This document shows, one piece after another, positions 37,751 to 49,829 of a stretch of DNA of 64,000 nt; the first letter of the stretch is position 1, and each line of letters opens with the position of its first letter. This DNA is from Cirrosporium novae-zelandiae (taxonomy: Eukaryota). The stretch covers positions 124,001 through 188,000 of the forward strand of contig JAPETS010000013.1 of the NCBI GenBank assembly GCA_026023565.1, given 5' to 3'. Made by a program: the position numbers and the translations under genes. The notes under the pieces were generated by a model. It saw only the letters and a list, made by a program, of their open reading frames with translations. It was not told the DNA's origin and did no database searches.

Positions 37751-40510
37751 TCAAAAAAAAAAAAAGAATCTACCCACAACCCCACAATCCCACACCCCTT
37801 ATCCTTATCATGGATTCCCCCAAACCCACACACTCACTCAAGACGTATAAATTAATACTCCAAATCTGATCCCCTTGTTGAAAACCCCTGACTGCACCAG
37901 ACCTAAACCAACACCTACACCAACATTCGAATTTCGAAATATGAGCGAGAGAGAGAAAGAAAGAGAAAAAAAGAGAGACTGAAAAATCCTACTTACCGAT
38001 CGACTTGGACATCCCCACTCCCTCCCTACCTCACATACGGTACTGTACATACAAACACGGATCCCGAGGAACTTATTCCCTAAACAACGACAACGAAACG
38101 ACAATAACAACACGGCCAACGAAATAGAAATGAAAATACCCCCCTCTTCCATCTCCCCCCGACTTCCCTAGGTATTACCTATGGCCTATGACCCATCCAG
38201 ATTCTTTTTAGTTTTCAGCTTTTGGTGGGAGTAGTGGGGTAGTGGGTGGTATCGATATTAGTATTACTTAGACACTTCAACATAACTTCATAGATCTTAC
38301 ATACTTAATATACCTAATATATCCAATCCCCAAGAACAATAACAATGACAAAAAAAAATAACGATAACGTAATCTCCAAAATCTCCAATCTCTAATTCCG
38401 TATTCATCATATATCTATATCCCTTATTCCTTAACATCAACCATAATGTCTTCCCCCCCCCCCGATCCCCTTGACTCTTTTCCACTATATATATTCATCA
38501 TTTCCAATACCATACCCCCTACCTCTCTTTAAATCCCCCCAACTTCTCCAACTTCTCAAAAATATTAAATTAGTTATATACCATTCCAACCATTTCATCT
38601 TCATCATTGATTTTTGTATGGGGGGGGGGAGGTTATTTCAACTGATTTGGTATTTGTGGTATGCTAGGAGTCAAGGAAGGGCGGAGGGGGGTGGTTTCTT
38701 GAATACCTGGGTACTTGAATACTTGAATATCTTTAGACCCTTAGGAGGAGATGAGTATTGAAATTATCGAATTATCGGGTGATCTATGAGTCCTTCATGA
38801 CGTTTTTTTTTTTTTTTCATCTCCTTCCCTCGCCCTCTGAATTTCCCCAGCCACAGTCACACAACCCTAGCCTGGTTTAGAATTATGGATTCACTTACTC
38901 ATGAGCTCGTAAACTGGTATGAGGAAAATGAACAAACGAATAAAAATAAATAGACGAAAGAAGGGATTTCCATACCACTATTATTATTATTACCACCACT
39001 AATTAACACTCCTATAGCACATATCCCCAATCTCCAATCTTCAATCCCTCAACCCTTCAATCTTTAAAACCCTTAAATCCCTTCCCACTTTCTTTCTCCC
39101 TTATTTTTTTTTGATACAGAGGTTAGGAGGTTAGTGGAGAGGAGAGGAGAGGATTGATGGTAGGTTAATTATTCCTACCTTTCGTCTTCCATCTTTCATC
39201 TTTATTTATTTTTTTATTTTTTTTTTTCGTTAAGAGTAAATAGGGATGGGTTTAAAGTTATGTTAACTAGTTTATTTAAGTAGAATTCTTTATTTCTATT
39301 ATTCTATTTTGTTCTATTATTTTTTTTTGAGTTAGGTGGGGTGGGAAAGGGGTAGAGGGTGTTTGGGGTTTGGGGTTTGGGGTTTTTGAATTTTGGATTT
39401 TCTCTCTATGGTATGTGGTTATATGTGGTTATATGTGGTTATATGTGGTATGTGTATGTAGTACTTACATACTACGTAGGTACGTAGGTACGTAGTGAAC
39501 CGGACTAGGAGGTATGAGGGGAGGATAGAGGGTATGAGGGGAGGTGCTAGGGGAGGGGGAGGTACGAAGAGAGGAGGGGATGCACGCACGCACGCACGCA
39601 CGATCATTTTTACTTTCATTTAGGGGTATTCGCTTGCTTTGTATTGTTTGTTTGTTTGTTGGTTGTTGGTTTGGTTCAACTATCTATCTATCTATCTACC
39701 TCTTCCTCCCTTATTCTCTTCCTTTCCTTCCCTTCCTTTTCATTTCAATACCCTTCCCCAAATCTCCGAATCCCTGAATCCCCGTAATAGTTGAAACGGT
39801 ATAACAGTACACTTATTTTCAGTTGCTTTTTCATTTTCAAGAACCTGCCCCTTAAAGCCTCAAAGCCTCAAAGTCTCCAATCCATCCTAATCTAGATAAA
39901 CAGATAGACAGATCTAAACGCCATGACTATTATATCACAATTACCTTGATAGCATTCCTAGTCTTCGTAACCATCCTCATCTAAAATTCCAATACCCATT
40001 ACAATTTACAAATCCGTGCTATCGTATCATGAGCGTTGAGTTATTTCTTTTATTGTTTTGTATTTCGTATTTTGTATTTTGTATTTTTATTACTGGAAGG
40101 GTTGGTTTGGACTGGATTGCTTTGGGCTTGTTCGTCTGGATGTCTTTTTGGGTGTGATGGGATGGGATGGAATAGGGGGGGACATGTTTTCTTTTTGGTT
40201 GTCGTCTTTTTATGGGATAGGGGATATGAGATATGGAGGGATAGAGGGAGTGGGGGAATGTGTGTATGTATATTTGTCTTGGGAATTTGATGATGATGGG
40301 GAGGAGGAAACGAAACAAGAAATATTTAGTTTGAGGTTGTGTGAATGTAGCGTGGTTTTATGTGGTTTGGTTTGGTTTGGTTTGGGTTCATTTAGTCTGG
40401 CGGGTAAGTGTATGTATGTGTGTGTGCGGTTGGATTCTCGTGTCTTGGTTCTTGTCCCTTGGGAATTTTGTCTTGTCTTATATGGGTGGATGAGTCCATA
40501 TAGATAACAA
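37700..40510. repeat. Low-complexity, microsatellite-rich block between the GT2 pseudogene and convergent qutG
   Basis: (GGAGA)n, (TTTGGGG)n, (ATATGTGGTT)n ~39412-39449, (GCAC)n ~39582-39602, (CTAT)n, (TTTGG)n. Confidence 0.88.
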
Positions 40511-40685
40511 TCGATATAGTGTTGAAATAGTTCCTGCGATATCTAGATATCTAAACGATATATGAGCAGTAAAATGAACCATCGTCGTCGTCATTGACAT
40601 CTAACATCCAACATCCAACAGCCATCTAAGAATCGTTCCAATTCTCTCAAGACTCTCAAGACCCACATACATCTTGATATAAATC

Positions 40686-42031
40686 TCACTTACGACCTCC
40701 CTCCCCCACCCCAACTCTCTGATACCCCAACCCCCTAACCCGCCTCCAAACCTCCCTGACCACCCGTTCCTGTGCCGTTCTGCCCGTCTCTCCGTCCTCA
40801 GAATCCCCCGCCGGTCTGATTGCCAAATACAGGCGGCCTCCTAGATCCGCATCTCGGATCTCGCAGGAGGCAGAATCTGGGGGTGGGTTTGCGGTTGTGA
40901 CCAGACCCCCCGCTTCGTTTAGGATGCAGACTCCTGCTGCTACGTCCCATTCCCAGCAGCCGCCTTCCCACCAGATGTCGAAAGCGCCGGTAGCGATGTA
41001 GGCGAGGTCGAGGGTTGCGCTTTGGGGAGGAGGGTTAATTGGGGCCGTTGGTTAAGGGGTGGTGATGTGAAAGGGTAAGAGAGAGAAAAAGGTAATGGGC
41101 TTACCTGCCGAGACTTCGAACTCCATGCACCATTCCACCTTTGCCATCTCGACCTCCTATTTCTGCGGCCATATTTATAAAGGAATCGACCTTTCGGTGA
41201 AGATTCCCATCAGGTATATCACGACGATCCTTGCCCCATTCGCAGCTGAATGTACATCCTTTCGGTGCATTAACAGGAAGGGGAGGAACGGGATTGTTAA
41301 TCAATGGAAGCTGTTGTCTTCCACCTATCACTTTACTCATCTCCGCGGGATAGGCAATGGGCCATGCATCTTCCATCCATGCCCCGCCGCCCTTGTAGCC
41401 GGAATATATTTTATTTAACATGGGGGCGTATATCACCCCCACGACGGACTGGAAGTCGAGGACATAGGCGATGGAGATGCAAAATTGAGGGAAAAGGTGT
41501 GTATAGTTGACGGTGCCATCAAGAGGATCGACTATCCACGTCGGGGAAGATGTGAGCATATAAGGTTTGGTAGGAAGGTTGAGAGCCGAATAAGTTTCCT
41601 CGCCGAGAAAGCTAGAGGGAGATCTTAGCTGGGATATCACAAATAGTGTTGGGACTCAGAAATGACCTACGCATGTGTGGGGTAGCGCGATTTGATGGAG
41701 TTCTGGATAAAGGTTTCAAGGTCTAGGAACGGCTATTAGTCTCGGGTCTTAGAAGGATGGGGATGAGGAACCAGTCGATCTAGCATTGGGTCGTTATCAT
41801 GAATTAGGGTAAAGACATACCATGATCTGTCTTGGTGACAATATCAACACTACTATCCTTTTCCTTTTCCCCCTCATCGGCTGCTCTGCCTTTTTGTCTT
41901 CCCTCTATACCCTTGACCAGTATATTACCGGCATCCTTTGCTAAGGCAATGGCAAAGTTATATATAGCCTCAAGATCATGATCCTCGGGGTTTGTTTGGG
42001 TCTGGCCCGGCTCAGCTGTAGAGAGAGACAT
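40686..42031 (-). CDS. qutG: Inositol monophosphatase-family protein QutG/QA-X, 4 exons
   Basis: VDIVTKTD, FLGEE, TWIVDPLDGTVNYTH, CEWGKDRRDIPDGNL, GMVHGVRSLGSATLDLAY, WEGGCWEWDVAAG; QutG-type IMPase next to quinate genes. Confidence 0.92.
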
Positions 42032-42390
42032 GATGAGCTATTGATTGATGGTGGCTGAATATGGAATAAATTCTCGACTGCGAGGTGGAGGATCAGTGGG
42101 AGAAGAGGTTATGGTTGTTTTCTCCCCACCTGATAGTTCCTCCAGCAATAACTATTAACTACTATCAAGCAGAAATAGGTGATTGACATGGTTAAGTTAC
42201 TTCCCCGTGGGTAACCACCTTGCATCTGGGCGGCTCCACAGATAGATAGGCAGAACTTTGGTTAACTGGGTGCTTGATGGACTGGGGAGTCGGAATTGAG
42301 GGTTCAGGGGCGTGGGGTCTCGGGGTGAACAGGTCCGATAACCGATCGGGTATCAAATTGTTATCGGACGGCACTACGGCTATCAATCAT

Positions 42391-42408
42391 CGGATAAATA
42401 CATTACCG
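42391..42408. promoter_or_regulatory. Putative QutA/QA-1F binding site in the qutG-qutE divergent promoter
   Basis: CGGATAAATACATTACCG = CGG-N12-CCG; the core matches 13/16 positions of GGRTAARYRYTTAYCC (consensus recalled from Neurospora work). Confidence 0.55.
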
Positions 42409-42769
42409 CATTATTCTACTACATTGCCAGCTCTGTCTATCAATACGATATACGGAAAACAATACTCGTCGATGCTTCGTCATCTTTGAGCAAAACCGCT
42501 CTACAAGGATATAATGTAATTTCTTATCTACTCAACTTCATGGGTGAGCTGCAGCATTTTCCCACAATTGCTACTAGCACCTCCACCCCTCACAAATCTA
42601 TTTACCATATATTAGAAGCCGTTTTGAGTTCTTCCCCTTCTCATCTTTGTGTTGCTCTGTTCTTGAGTTTATCAATATTACAATTGATTTACAGCCCTTT
42701 CAACTTTCAACTCTGAATTATCCTATCCTACTCTCGATCATAAAACAATCTCCAGTACCAACTACCACC

Positions 42770-43300
42770 ATGTCCATTACCCCAAAAGTCTCCACTAGCA
42801 CAGCGATAGAGAAACAAATTTTCCTAATCAACGGACCCAATCTCAACCTTTTGGGTACTCGAGAGCCTCAAATCTATGGCAAAGCCACTCTTGCCGATGT
42901 CGAAACGCTCTGCGCATCGCAGCTGGAAACCATAAACACCCAACTCCAGAGCTCCTCTAGCACCCTACCCCCTTCAACCTATGCACTGAAAAGTGTACAA
43001 TCCAATCATGAGGGTGTCCTGATTGATGTTATTCATGCAGCTCGGATATCTTCCCCTCCCACTGCTGCCATCATTATCAATCCCGGCGCTTTCACCCATA
43101 CTTCGGTGGCTCTTCGGGATGCTCTGATAGGGGTGGATATCCCGTTCATCGAGGTTCATATCAGCAATGTACATGCGAGAGAGGAGTTTCGACATAAAAG
43201 CTTTTTGAGTGATAAAGCCAAGGCTGTGATTTGTGGCTTGGGGGTATATGGATATATTTCGGCATTGGAGTATGTAACCAAGTGGATGGATGCCAAATGA
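42770..43300 (+). CDS. qutE: Catabolic (type II) 3-dehydroquinate dehydratase
   Basis: [65 protein letters not shown]. First ATG is 42770; the ORF-track start is TTG. Confidence 0.96.
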   Translation: MSITPKVSTSTAIEKQIFLINGPNLNLLGTREPQIYGKATLADVETLCASQLETINTQLQSSSSTLPPSTYALKSVQSNHEGVLIDVIHAARISSPPTAAIIINPGAFTHTSVALRDALIGVDIPFIEVHISNVHAREEFRHKSFLSDKAKAVICGLGVYGYISALEYVTKWMDAK

Positions 43301-43494
43301 AGGGCATATAGTCGTTGGTAAATGTGGCATGTCACTTTTTAGCGTTTTCGGTGTGAACTTTTGAGAACCAATCCCTGGGTACCTAGGTATGATTAGCAAA
43401 AATCTCTTGGATTCTAATCTTGATATGCCAAGCTTCTCGATATATAAAGTCTATGTATATCTAGATTAGCTATATTTCTAGTTCTCTCTGATAC

Positions 43495-44478
43495 CTATGA
43501 TGGTTGTTTTGACTCGGCCGCTGCCTTAGCGGTCACTGCTTTAATCAGGGTCTCCTTCACGAGCTCTATTGGCATGTCTGCCACCATTTTCCCTGTCCAA
43601 TACTGATCCTGTTCTAATCCCTGCCAAATCATAGCCTCTAAACCAGGAATTACCTGCCATCCGTTTGCTTTTGATATAGCTGCAATCTCAGTGTTCGGGG
43701 TGGGGTTATAACACATCTCTAGCAATGCACCTTTATCTTCTGCCTCTCCCTTACCTAGCATGGTCTCAACCACCAGCCGAGCCATCTTCTCCTCTGCAGA
43801 CTTTGGGGGGTAGTTGGGTATTGCCGAAACGATAATACCAGGTCCAGATAGTGACTCTGCTTGATCAACAGTGGAAACATGGATTAAATCATGACCGAAA
43901 CCAGCTTCTTTGCATCCAGCAATAACAATGTCGACTTCAGTCCTATCTCTATTGACCAAATAGACTGGTGAACATCCAAAGTATTTTTTCAACGCATAAA
44001 CAGCAGCGCGACAGGTGCCGCCCCCACCGATTACCATGCCAGGGTTTCCTTCGCACAAATCCAGCTTCTCTGGTGATACGTTCTGCCTAATTGCTTCTCG
44101 AATACCAATGCAATCGGTATTTGTTCCTACCAACAACCTTTCACCATTTTTGCCATCACGAATGAAGATGGTGTTACATGCACCGACATCTCGACCCTCT
44201 GTGGTAAGTTCATCGAGACGTGGGATGATTGAAACTTTGTGAGGCATGGTAACAGCACCTCCAATGAACTTGGGATCATTACGACAGAGCTCTAGGTATG
44301 CGTCCAGGTCTGTAGACTCTAGAATAATCTGGGCCCAATTGAGGCCGAGAGAATGAAAAATAGTGCCATGACAGAGAGGTGCCCAGGAGCGCTTGAGGGG
44401 ATAGCCAATGAGATAGGTGGCTCCTGTGAGATGATGGGTGGAAGGTTTGGGGAGGGGAATAAACGGTAGGGTAGCCAT
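43495..44478 (-). CDS. qutB: Quinate/shikimate 5-dehydrogenase
   Basis: LIGYPLKRSWAP, GGAVTMPHK, VGACNTI, GTNTDCIGIRE, VIGGGGTCRAAVYAL, LLEMCYNP, GLEAMIWQGLEQ. First ATG is 44478; the ORF-track start is GTG. Confidence 0.93.
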   Translation of the reverse strand: MATLPFIPLPKPSTHHLTGATYLIGYPLKRSWAPLCHGTIFHSLGLNWAQIILESTDLDAYLELCRNDPKFIGGAVTMPHKVSIIPRLDELTTEGRDVGACNTIFIRDGKNGERLLVGTNTDCIGIREAIRQNVSPEKLDLCEGNPGMVIGGGGTCRAAVYALKKYFGCSPVYLVNRDRTEVDIVIAGCKEAGFGHDLIHVSTVDQAESLSGPGIIVSAIPNYPPKSAEEKMARLVVETMLGKGEAEDKGALLEMCYNPTPNTEIAAISKANGWQVIPGLEAMIWQGLEQDQYWTGKMVADMPIELVKETLIKAVTAKAAAESKQPS

Positions 44479-45348
44479 TATATGGTGGAAATTGCAATTA
44501 TGAGAGAGGTTATGCACGGATGGAAGGAAAGAAGGGAATAACTTGGCGTTATAATATACATTGGAGGATTGGAATTGAGTTCATCCGGAAGGATTGAAAT
44601 ATGAATTACGGGAGGGTTTCACGGGAATGAAGTGGATCAGCTAGGAAATAGATATATTATGGATGCATGTACTAAGTACCTAAGTACAATAACGTCGTTA
44701 GACATATGGGCGGGTGTTATCTTTCCCCTGGTGGCTTTTTTACTCTTTTTTTTCCTCCTCTCTGGGGAGGCCATGACTCAACCGAAAGTGTGGGGAAATG
44801 CCGGAGCAGGGTTTTAAGCGAACAGCCCCAGCATTGCCTAATCGGGTTAAATCTATGAGTTGACTAGTCTACCTGGGGGACTTTGTGTTTCTCAAATGAA
44901 AAATCCATAAAACTAAAACGGTCTGGACGGCATGCTAATGATTTGCGGGGTATGACTTTGACTAAACAAATAACTAACAGCCAGTCATGCAACCATGCCC
45001 CGAATGGCCGAATTCAACTTTGAAAATTTATACATTCAGTAAATTACAGTCAGTACAAAATATCCCGGAGAAATACCGACAATCCAGTCTAAAACACCAC
45101 TACAGATGTAAATTATACCACGGCTGAAAACTTTCCCCCTGCCACCACCTGGAACTATCAATTGGTCCTTTGGCCATTGATAGAGGCGCCATCTTTATCG
45201 TATAGAATAGTAAGCATATAAAATACATCATCCCCGTCAGAAAAAAAAATTCTTCTTCGTCTTAGCATCTGCCTGCTCTTGCTACTCCACCATTCTCCTC
45301 TCCTCTTCCAATTACTACAACTCTCCCCTCATCAGTACTGGTTCCACA

Positions 45349-47038
45349 ATGGGTCTCCTCACATTAATTGAGGATCGGCCTACGCCAAAGGCCGTCTATA
45401 ATTGGCGAGTCTACTATTGTGCCGTCGTAGCTGCTTCTGCAGCTATCATGATTGGTTACGACAGTGCCTTCATCGGTGGTACTATTGCCCTCGATTCTTT
45501 CCAGACAGAATTCAACTGGGATCAGTACTCTGACTCAGAGGCTAATCTTATATCTGCCAACATTGTTTCTTGCTACCAAGCTGGTGCTTTCTTTGGTGCC
45601 TTTTTTGCATACCCTGCTGGTTACTTTGTTGGTCGCAAGAGAGGTCTTCAAATATTCGCAACTGTTTTCACAATTGGTTCCGGTATTATGCTCGGTGCTA
45701 ATGGTCATCGTGGACTTGGATTGCTTTATGGTGGACGTGTGCTTGCTGGCATGGGTGTTGGAGGAGCCTCCAATTTGACCCCCATTTACATATCCGAACT
45801 TTCACCTCCTGCTATTCGAGGACGTTTGGTTGGATTGTATGAACTCGGCTGGCAAATCGGCGGTATTGTGGGCTTCTGGATTAATGTGAGTTATGCGGTT
45901 CTCACCGTGACCTCTTCGCCTTTTGGTTTGTTCGAGATCACATTGCTAATTTTTATAGTATGCTATTTCCGAAACTCTTCCAGCAAACCACAAGCAATGG
46001 ATCATCCCATTTGCCATCCAGCTTATCCCCTCGGGACTCATGTTCGCAGGTCTCTTCTTCGTTCGGGAGTCTCCACGCTGGCTGATTAGCAGGGGAAACC
46101 GCGAACTTGGTCTTCGCAACCTTTGCTGGATGCGTAAACTGCCAGCCACTGACATTTACATGATGGAAGAAATTGCCGCTATTGATCAGGGTCTCGAAGA
46201 ACAACACAACACGATAGGTATTGGCTTCTGGAAACTATTCCAAGCTGTTATCAACAACAAAGCGATCATGTATCGTTTCTTCCTTGGTGGTGCGCTCTTC
46301 TTTTGGCAAAATGCCAGCGGTATCAATGCCATCAACTACTACTCCCCCACCGTCTTCAAATCCATCGGTATCACCGGAACCAACACCTCTCTTCTCACCA
46401 CTGGTATATTTGGCGTAATCAAAACTATCATGACACTTGTGTGGCTCTTTTTCCTAATCGACAACCTTGGCCGTCGTAAGCTCCTCATGTATGGAGCAGT
46501 TGGCGGCTCCCTCTGCCTATGGTATGTCGGTGGTTACATTGCTCTAGCCAAACCATCCGAGAACACTGACAACGGCACACTCTCCTCTGGTGGTATTTCT
46601 GCAATGGCATTTTTCTACTTGTGGACCATCTTCTATTCCCCCAGTTGGAATGGAACTCCTTGGGTCTACAACTCGGAGATGTTTGACCAAAGCGTACGAA
46701 CGTTGGCGCAGGCATTCGCCGCTGCAAATAACTGGCTTTGGAATTTCCTTGTTGCACGTTTCACACCCCAGATGTTTGATAAGATGGGCTATGGCGTGTA
46801 TTTTTTCTTCGCTTCACTCATGCTTTGCTCGGTCGTCTTCGTTTGGTTCTTGATGCCTGAAACAAAAGCCATTCCACTTGAGAGTATGGACCGACTGTTT
46901 GAGCTTCCACCGAAAAATGCACATAAGATTATCTTGGCAGAGTTGTATGATTCGGAGGAAGCCTTCCGACACAATGTTGAAGGTGATGGGTTTTCCAGTG
47001 AAACCCAGGAAAAAAGCGAGCAGGCGGAATCTGTTTAA
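45349..47038 (+). CDS. qutD: Quinate permease, MFS sugar-porter family (exons 45349-45885, 45959-47038)
   Basis: MGLLTLIEDRPTPKAVYNWRVY, GYDSAFIGGT, PIYISELSPPAIRGRLVGLYELGWQ, WQNASGINAINYYSPTVFKSIG, WNGTPWVYNSEMF, PETK. Confidence 0.96.
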
Positions 47039-47760
47039 GGCTCAAAAGACCTTATACCGCACACATAGTTCTGATGAAGTGATTTTAGTGTTCTTGTGCT
47101 TTGTACTTTGTTCAGTTTGTGCTTTGCATTTAGCGATCGGATCAAGGAGGCTATCCTCATTCATAGAGGCGGCTGCAGCGACTGCCTCTGGAGTTTGATT
47201 GGGTCTTGTGGATAGATATTATGCTGGAAACGATACCCCCTTTGTAAGATAAAAAGGTAACTGCAGCGATTGCCTTTGGATACAATGGAATGGATTGACG
47301 GATAGACGATATTTTATGAACTTTTTTTGTTTGGGATGTGATTGTTGGTGGATATCAAGGTTGACTTAAGTGGTGATGATGTAGATATAGGAAATGAACA
47401 TAGGAAATGAATACAAGTTACATGATTTATTCCTCAAAGATGGTCTATCCATTGAAGTACTGCTGGTTTGAACGGAACATTCCATAGGTGCCACCCCACA
47501 TCCCATCCGAATACCCCAGCTATCGGTTGGGTACCACGCTAGATAGATACATAGTACAAGATGACGAACCCAATAGCTAACGATTGAGTTCTATCGTCCC
47601 CGACTTTTGCTGCCGAGATATTTTGACCCCAGACGTACCTGGTGGATCTCTAATTTGCTATAAATCAAATTGTTGATCAATACCTCACAATGATTCTTTA
47701 TTCTCATCCTTTGAAATTTCATCATTGGAGTTTTCAGCTCCCAATCTCCACTCTTCCACC

Positions 47761-49070
47761 ATGGCATTTGCTCAGCGCGGCTTGAAGAACATTCTCCAAA
47801 AGTATGACAATGATGTTGTTATACTCTCCGTCCTTCGAACACCAATTACACGGTCATATAAAGGTGGACTCCGAAATGCTTACCCAGAGCAGATGCTAGC
47901 AGCTGTAAGCAGTATCTTCTTTCTACTTTATTTACTTGCTTATGCTTCTAGGTTGTTCGAGGAATCCTTGACCGTAACCCCAAGCTCGACCCCGCTGCTG
48001 TCTCTGATATAGCAGTCGGTACAGTTCTCTCCGAGTTAGGTGGATCCAAAGCAGGTCGTATGGCTATGAACCATACCGGCTTTCCACCCACAACATCTTT
48101 CTACACAGTAAACCGTGCTTGCGCTTCCTCCCTTCAATCATTCACTACTGTTGCCTCTTCCATCGCCCTACAACAATTCGATGTTGGTATCGCTGGTGGT
48201 ATGGAATCTATGACTTTGAATTATGGAAGCAAAGCTATACCCACCAATTATTGGCCGGAGCTGAAAGATTCTCCGGTCAAGAATGCCAAAGATTGTGTAA
48301 TGAGTATGGGTCTTACAAGTGAAAACGTGGCAGAAAGATACAATGTCAGCAGAGAGGACCAAGATGCTTTTGGCGCAGAGAGTCATAAAAGGGCTAGCCA
48401 GGCGCAACGTAATGGCTTTTTTGATGATGAGATTGTGCCTGTGAAGGTGTCAAACCCTATCGGCCAAGGAGAAGGTGCTGAGAAACCCGATGTCCAAACC
48501 GCGGAAACGGTGTTGGTGGATAAGGATGATGGCATCAGACACAATGTTTCTGTAGAGAAGATGGGAACATTAAAACCCGTCTTCAAACCCGATGGCCGAT
48601 CTACTGCTGGAAATTCTAGTCAGGTGTCAGATGGTGCTTCGGCCGCGCTTCTAATGCGTCGGTCTACAGCCACCTCACTCGGTCTCTCTGATTCCATTAT
48701 TGGAAAATGGGTGTCGAGTGTATGTGTTGGGGTAGCTCCGGATGAGATGGGGATTGGGCCAACAGTTGCAATTCCCGCTCTTCTCTCAAAGACCGATATT
48801 TCAAAGGAAGACGTTGGAGTTTGGGAGATTAACGAAGCGTTTGCAAGCCAGGCTCTCTACTGTATCAGGAAATTAGGGCTTGATGGAAAGATGGATAAGA
48901 TCAATCCCAATGGAGGTGGTATTGCATTGGGACATCCATTAGGAGCTACAGGGACAAGGCAATTGGCTACCCTGATGCATGAGATGGGAAGACAAGGAGA
49001 GCAGGTGGGCGTTGTTAGTATGTGTATAGGAACGGGAATGGGTATGGCGGGTCTGGTTGTAAGAGAGTAA
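47761..49070 (+). CDS. 3-ketoacyl-CoA thiolase, probable beta-ketoadipyl-CoA thiolase (exons 47761-47904, 47952-49070)
   Basis: VNRACASSLQ (catalytic Cys), STAGNSSQVSDGA, WEINEAFASQ, GGIALGHPLGATG, SMCIGTGMG; 47-nt GT-AG intron. Substrate inferred from cluster context. Confidence 0.9.
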
Positions 49071-49347
49071 ATGGTAGATGGTAGATGGTAGATGGTAAGG
49101 TGTATAAATGAAGTATAGGAGGCTAGAAAATGCACAAGGGAGTCGATAGAATACGATATTGGTCTGTTTCTTGTATATGTACTGTCACAATAGTATACTT
49201 GATTTTAGTTTGTATAACACGTAACCGGCCGATTGTAACCGAGACTCCAAGTTGCATTATCCCGTGCCCGTTCGCTCCCACGGCCCACACTGCCCACCAC
49301 CTTTTCTACAAGACAACCCTCTATTTCCAGTCCTACTATCCAACCGT

Positions 49348-49365
49348 CGCGTAAACACTTTTCCG
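49348..49365. promoter_or_regulatory. Putative QutA/QA-1F binding site upstream of qutC
   Basis: CGCGTAAACACTTTTCCG; the core GCGTAAACACTTTTCC matches 14/16 positions of GGRTAARYRYTTAYCC. Confidence 0.55.
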
Positions 49366-49829
49366 CCATCATCTTCAATATTGTTCAATGAACGTGAAGA
49401 GACAAACTTGAAAGATCTAGAGACTACAGACCATGCCGGCTTCAATTGCCATGGCCAAGCCTTGCCAAATTTCCGAAATCCCTCAGCTGGCGTTATCATG
49501 GGTTGACGACCCAACATTCGTAATCTATCTGGTTATAAGAACAATGGTTTGACAGCTTCGTGTTTAGCAGCTATTTATTATTTCTCATTTCACGCCAGTC
49601 AATTAATCGCAATATCAATATACGTGAATCTCTTTATAATACCTCCCAACTATCTGCTATATCGTGATAATCTCACCAGACCTTTAGGTTATATATCCAT
49701 TAATTCGAATAGAAGCGCCATCTATCCACAAACTTGAGTCGAACGACCTGACCGCTGTGAAGTCGCCTCTTCAGAGATACCATCTCTTTTCTTCATTCTT
49801 CGAACGTACTATTCCTCCATTTATCCGCC

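Noticed and set aside
42647..42769. N-terminal extension of QutE (likewise QutB 44479-44517)
   Set aside because: The ORF-track starts are TTG/GTG; the first ATGs (42770, 44478) give family-typical lengths.
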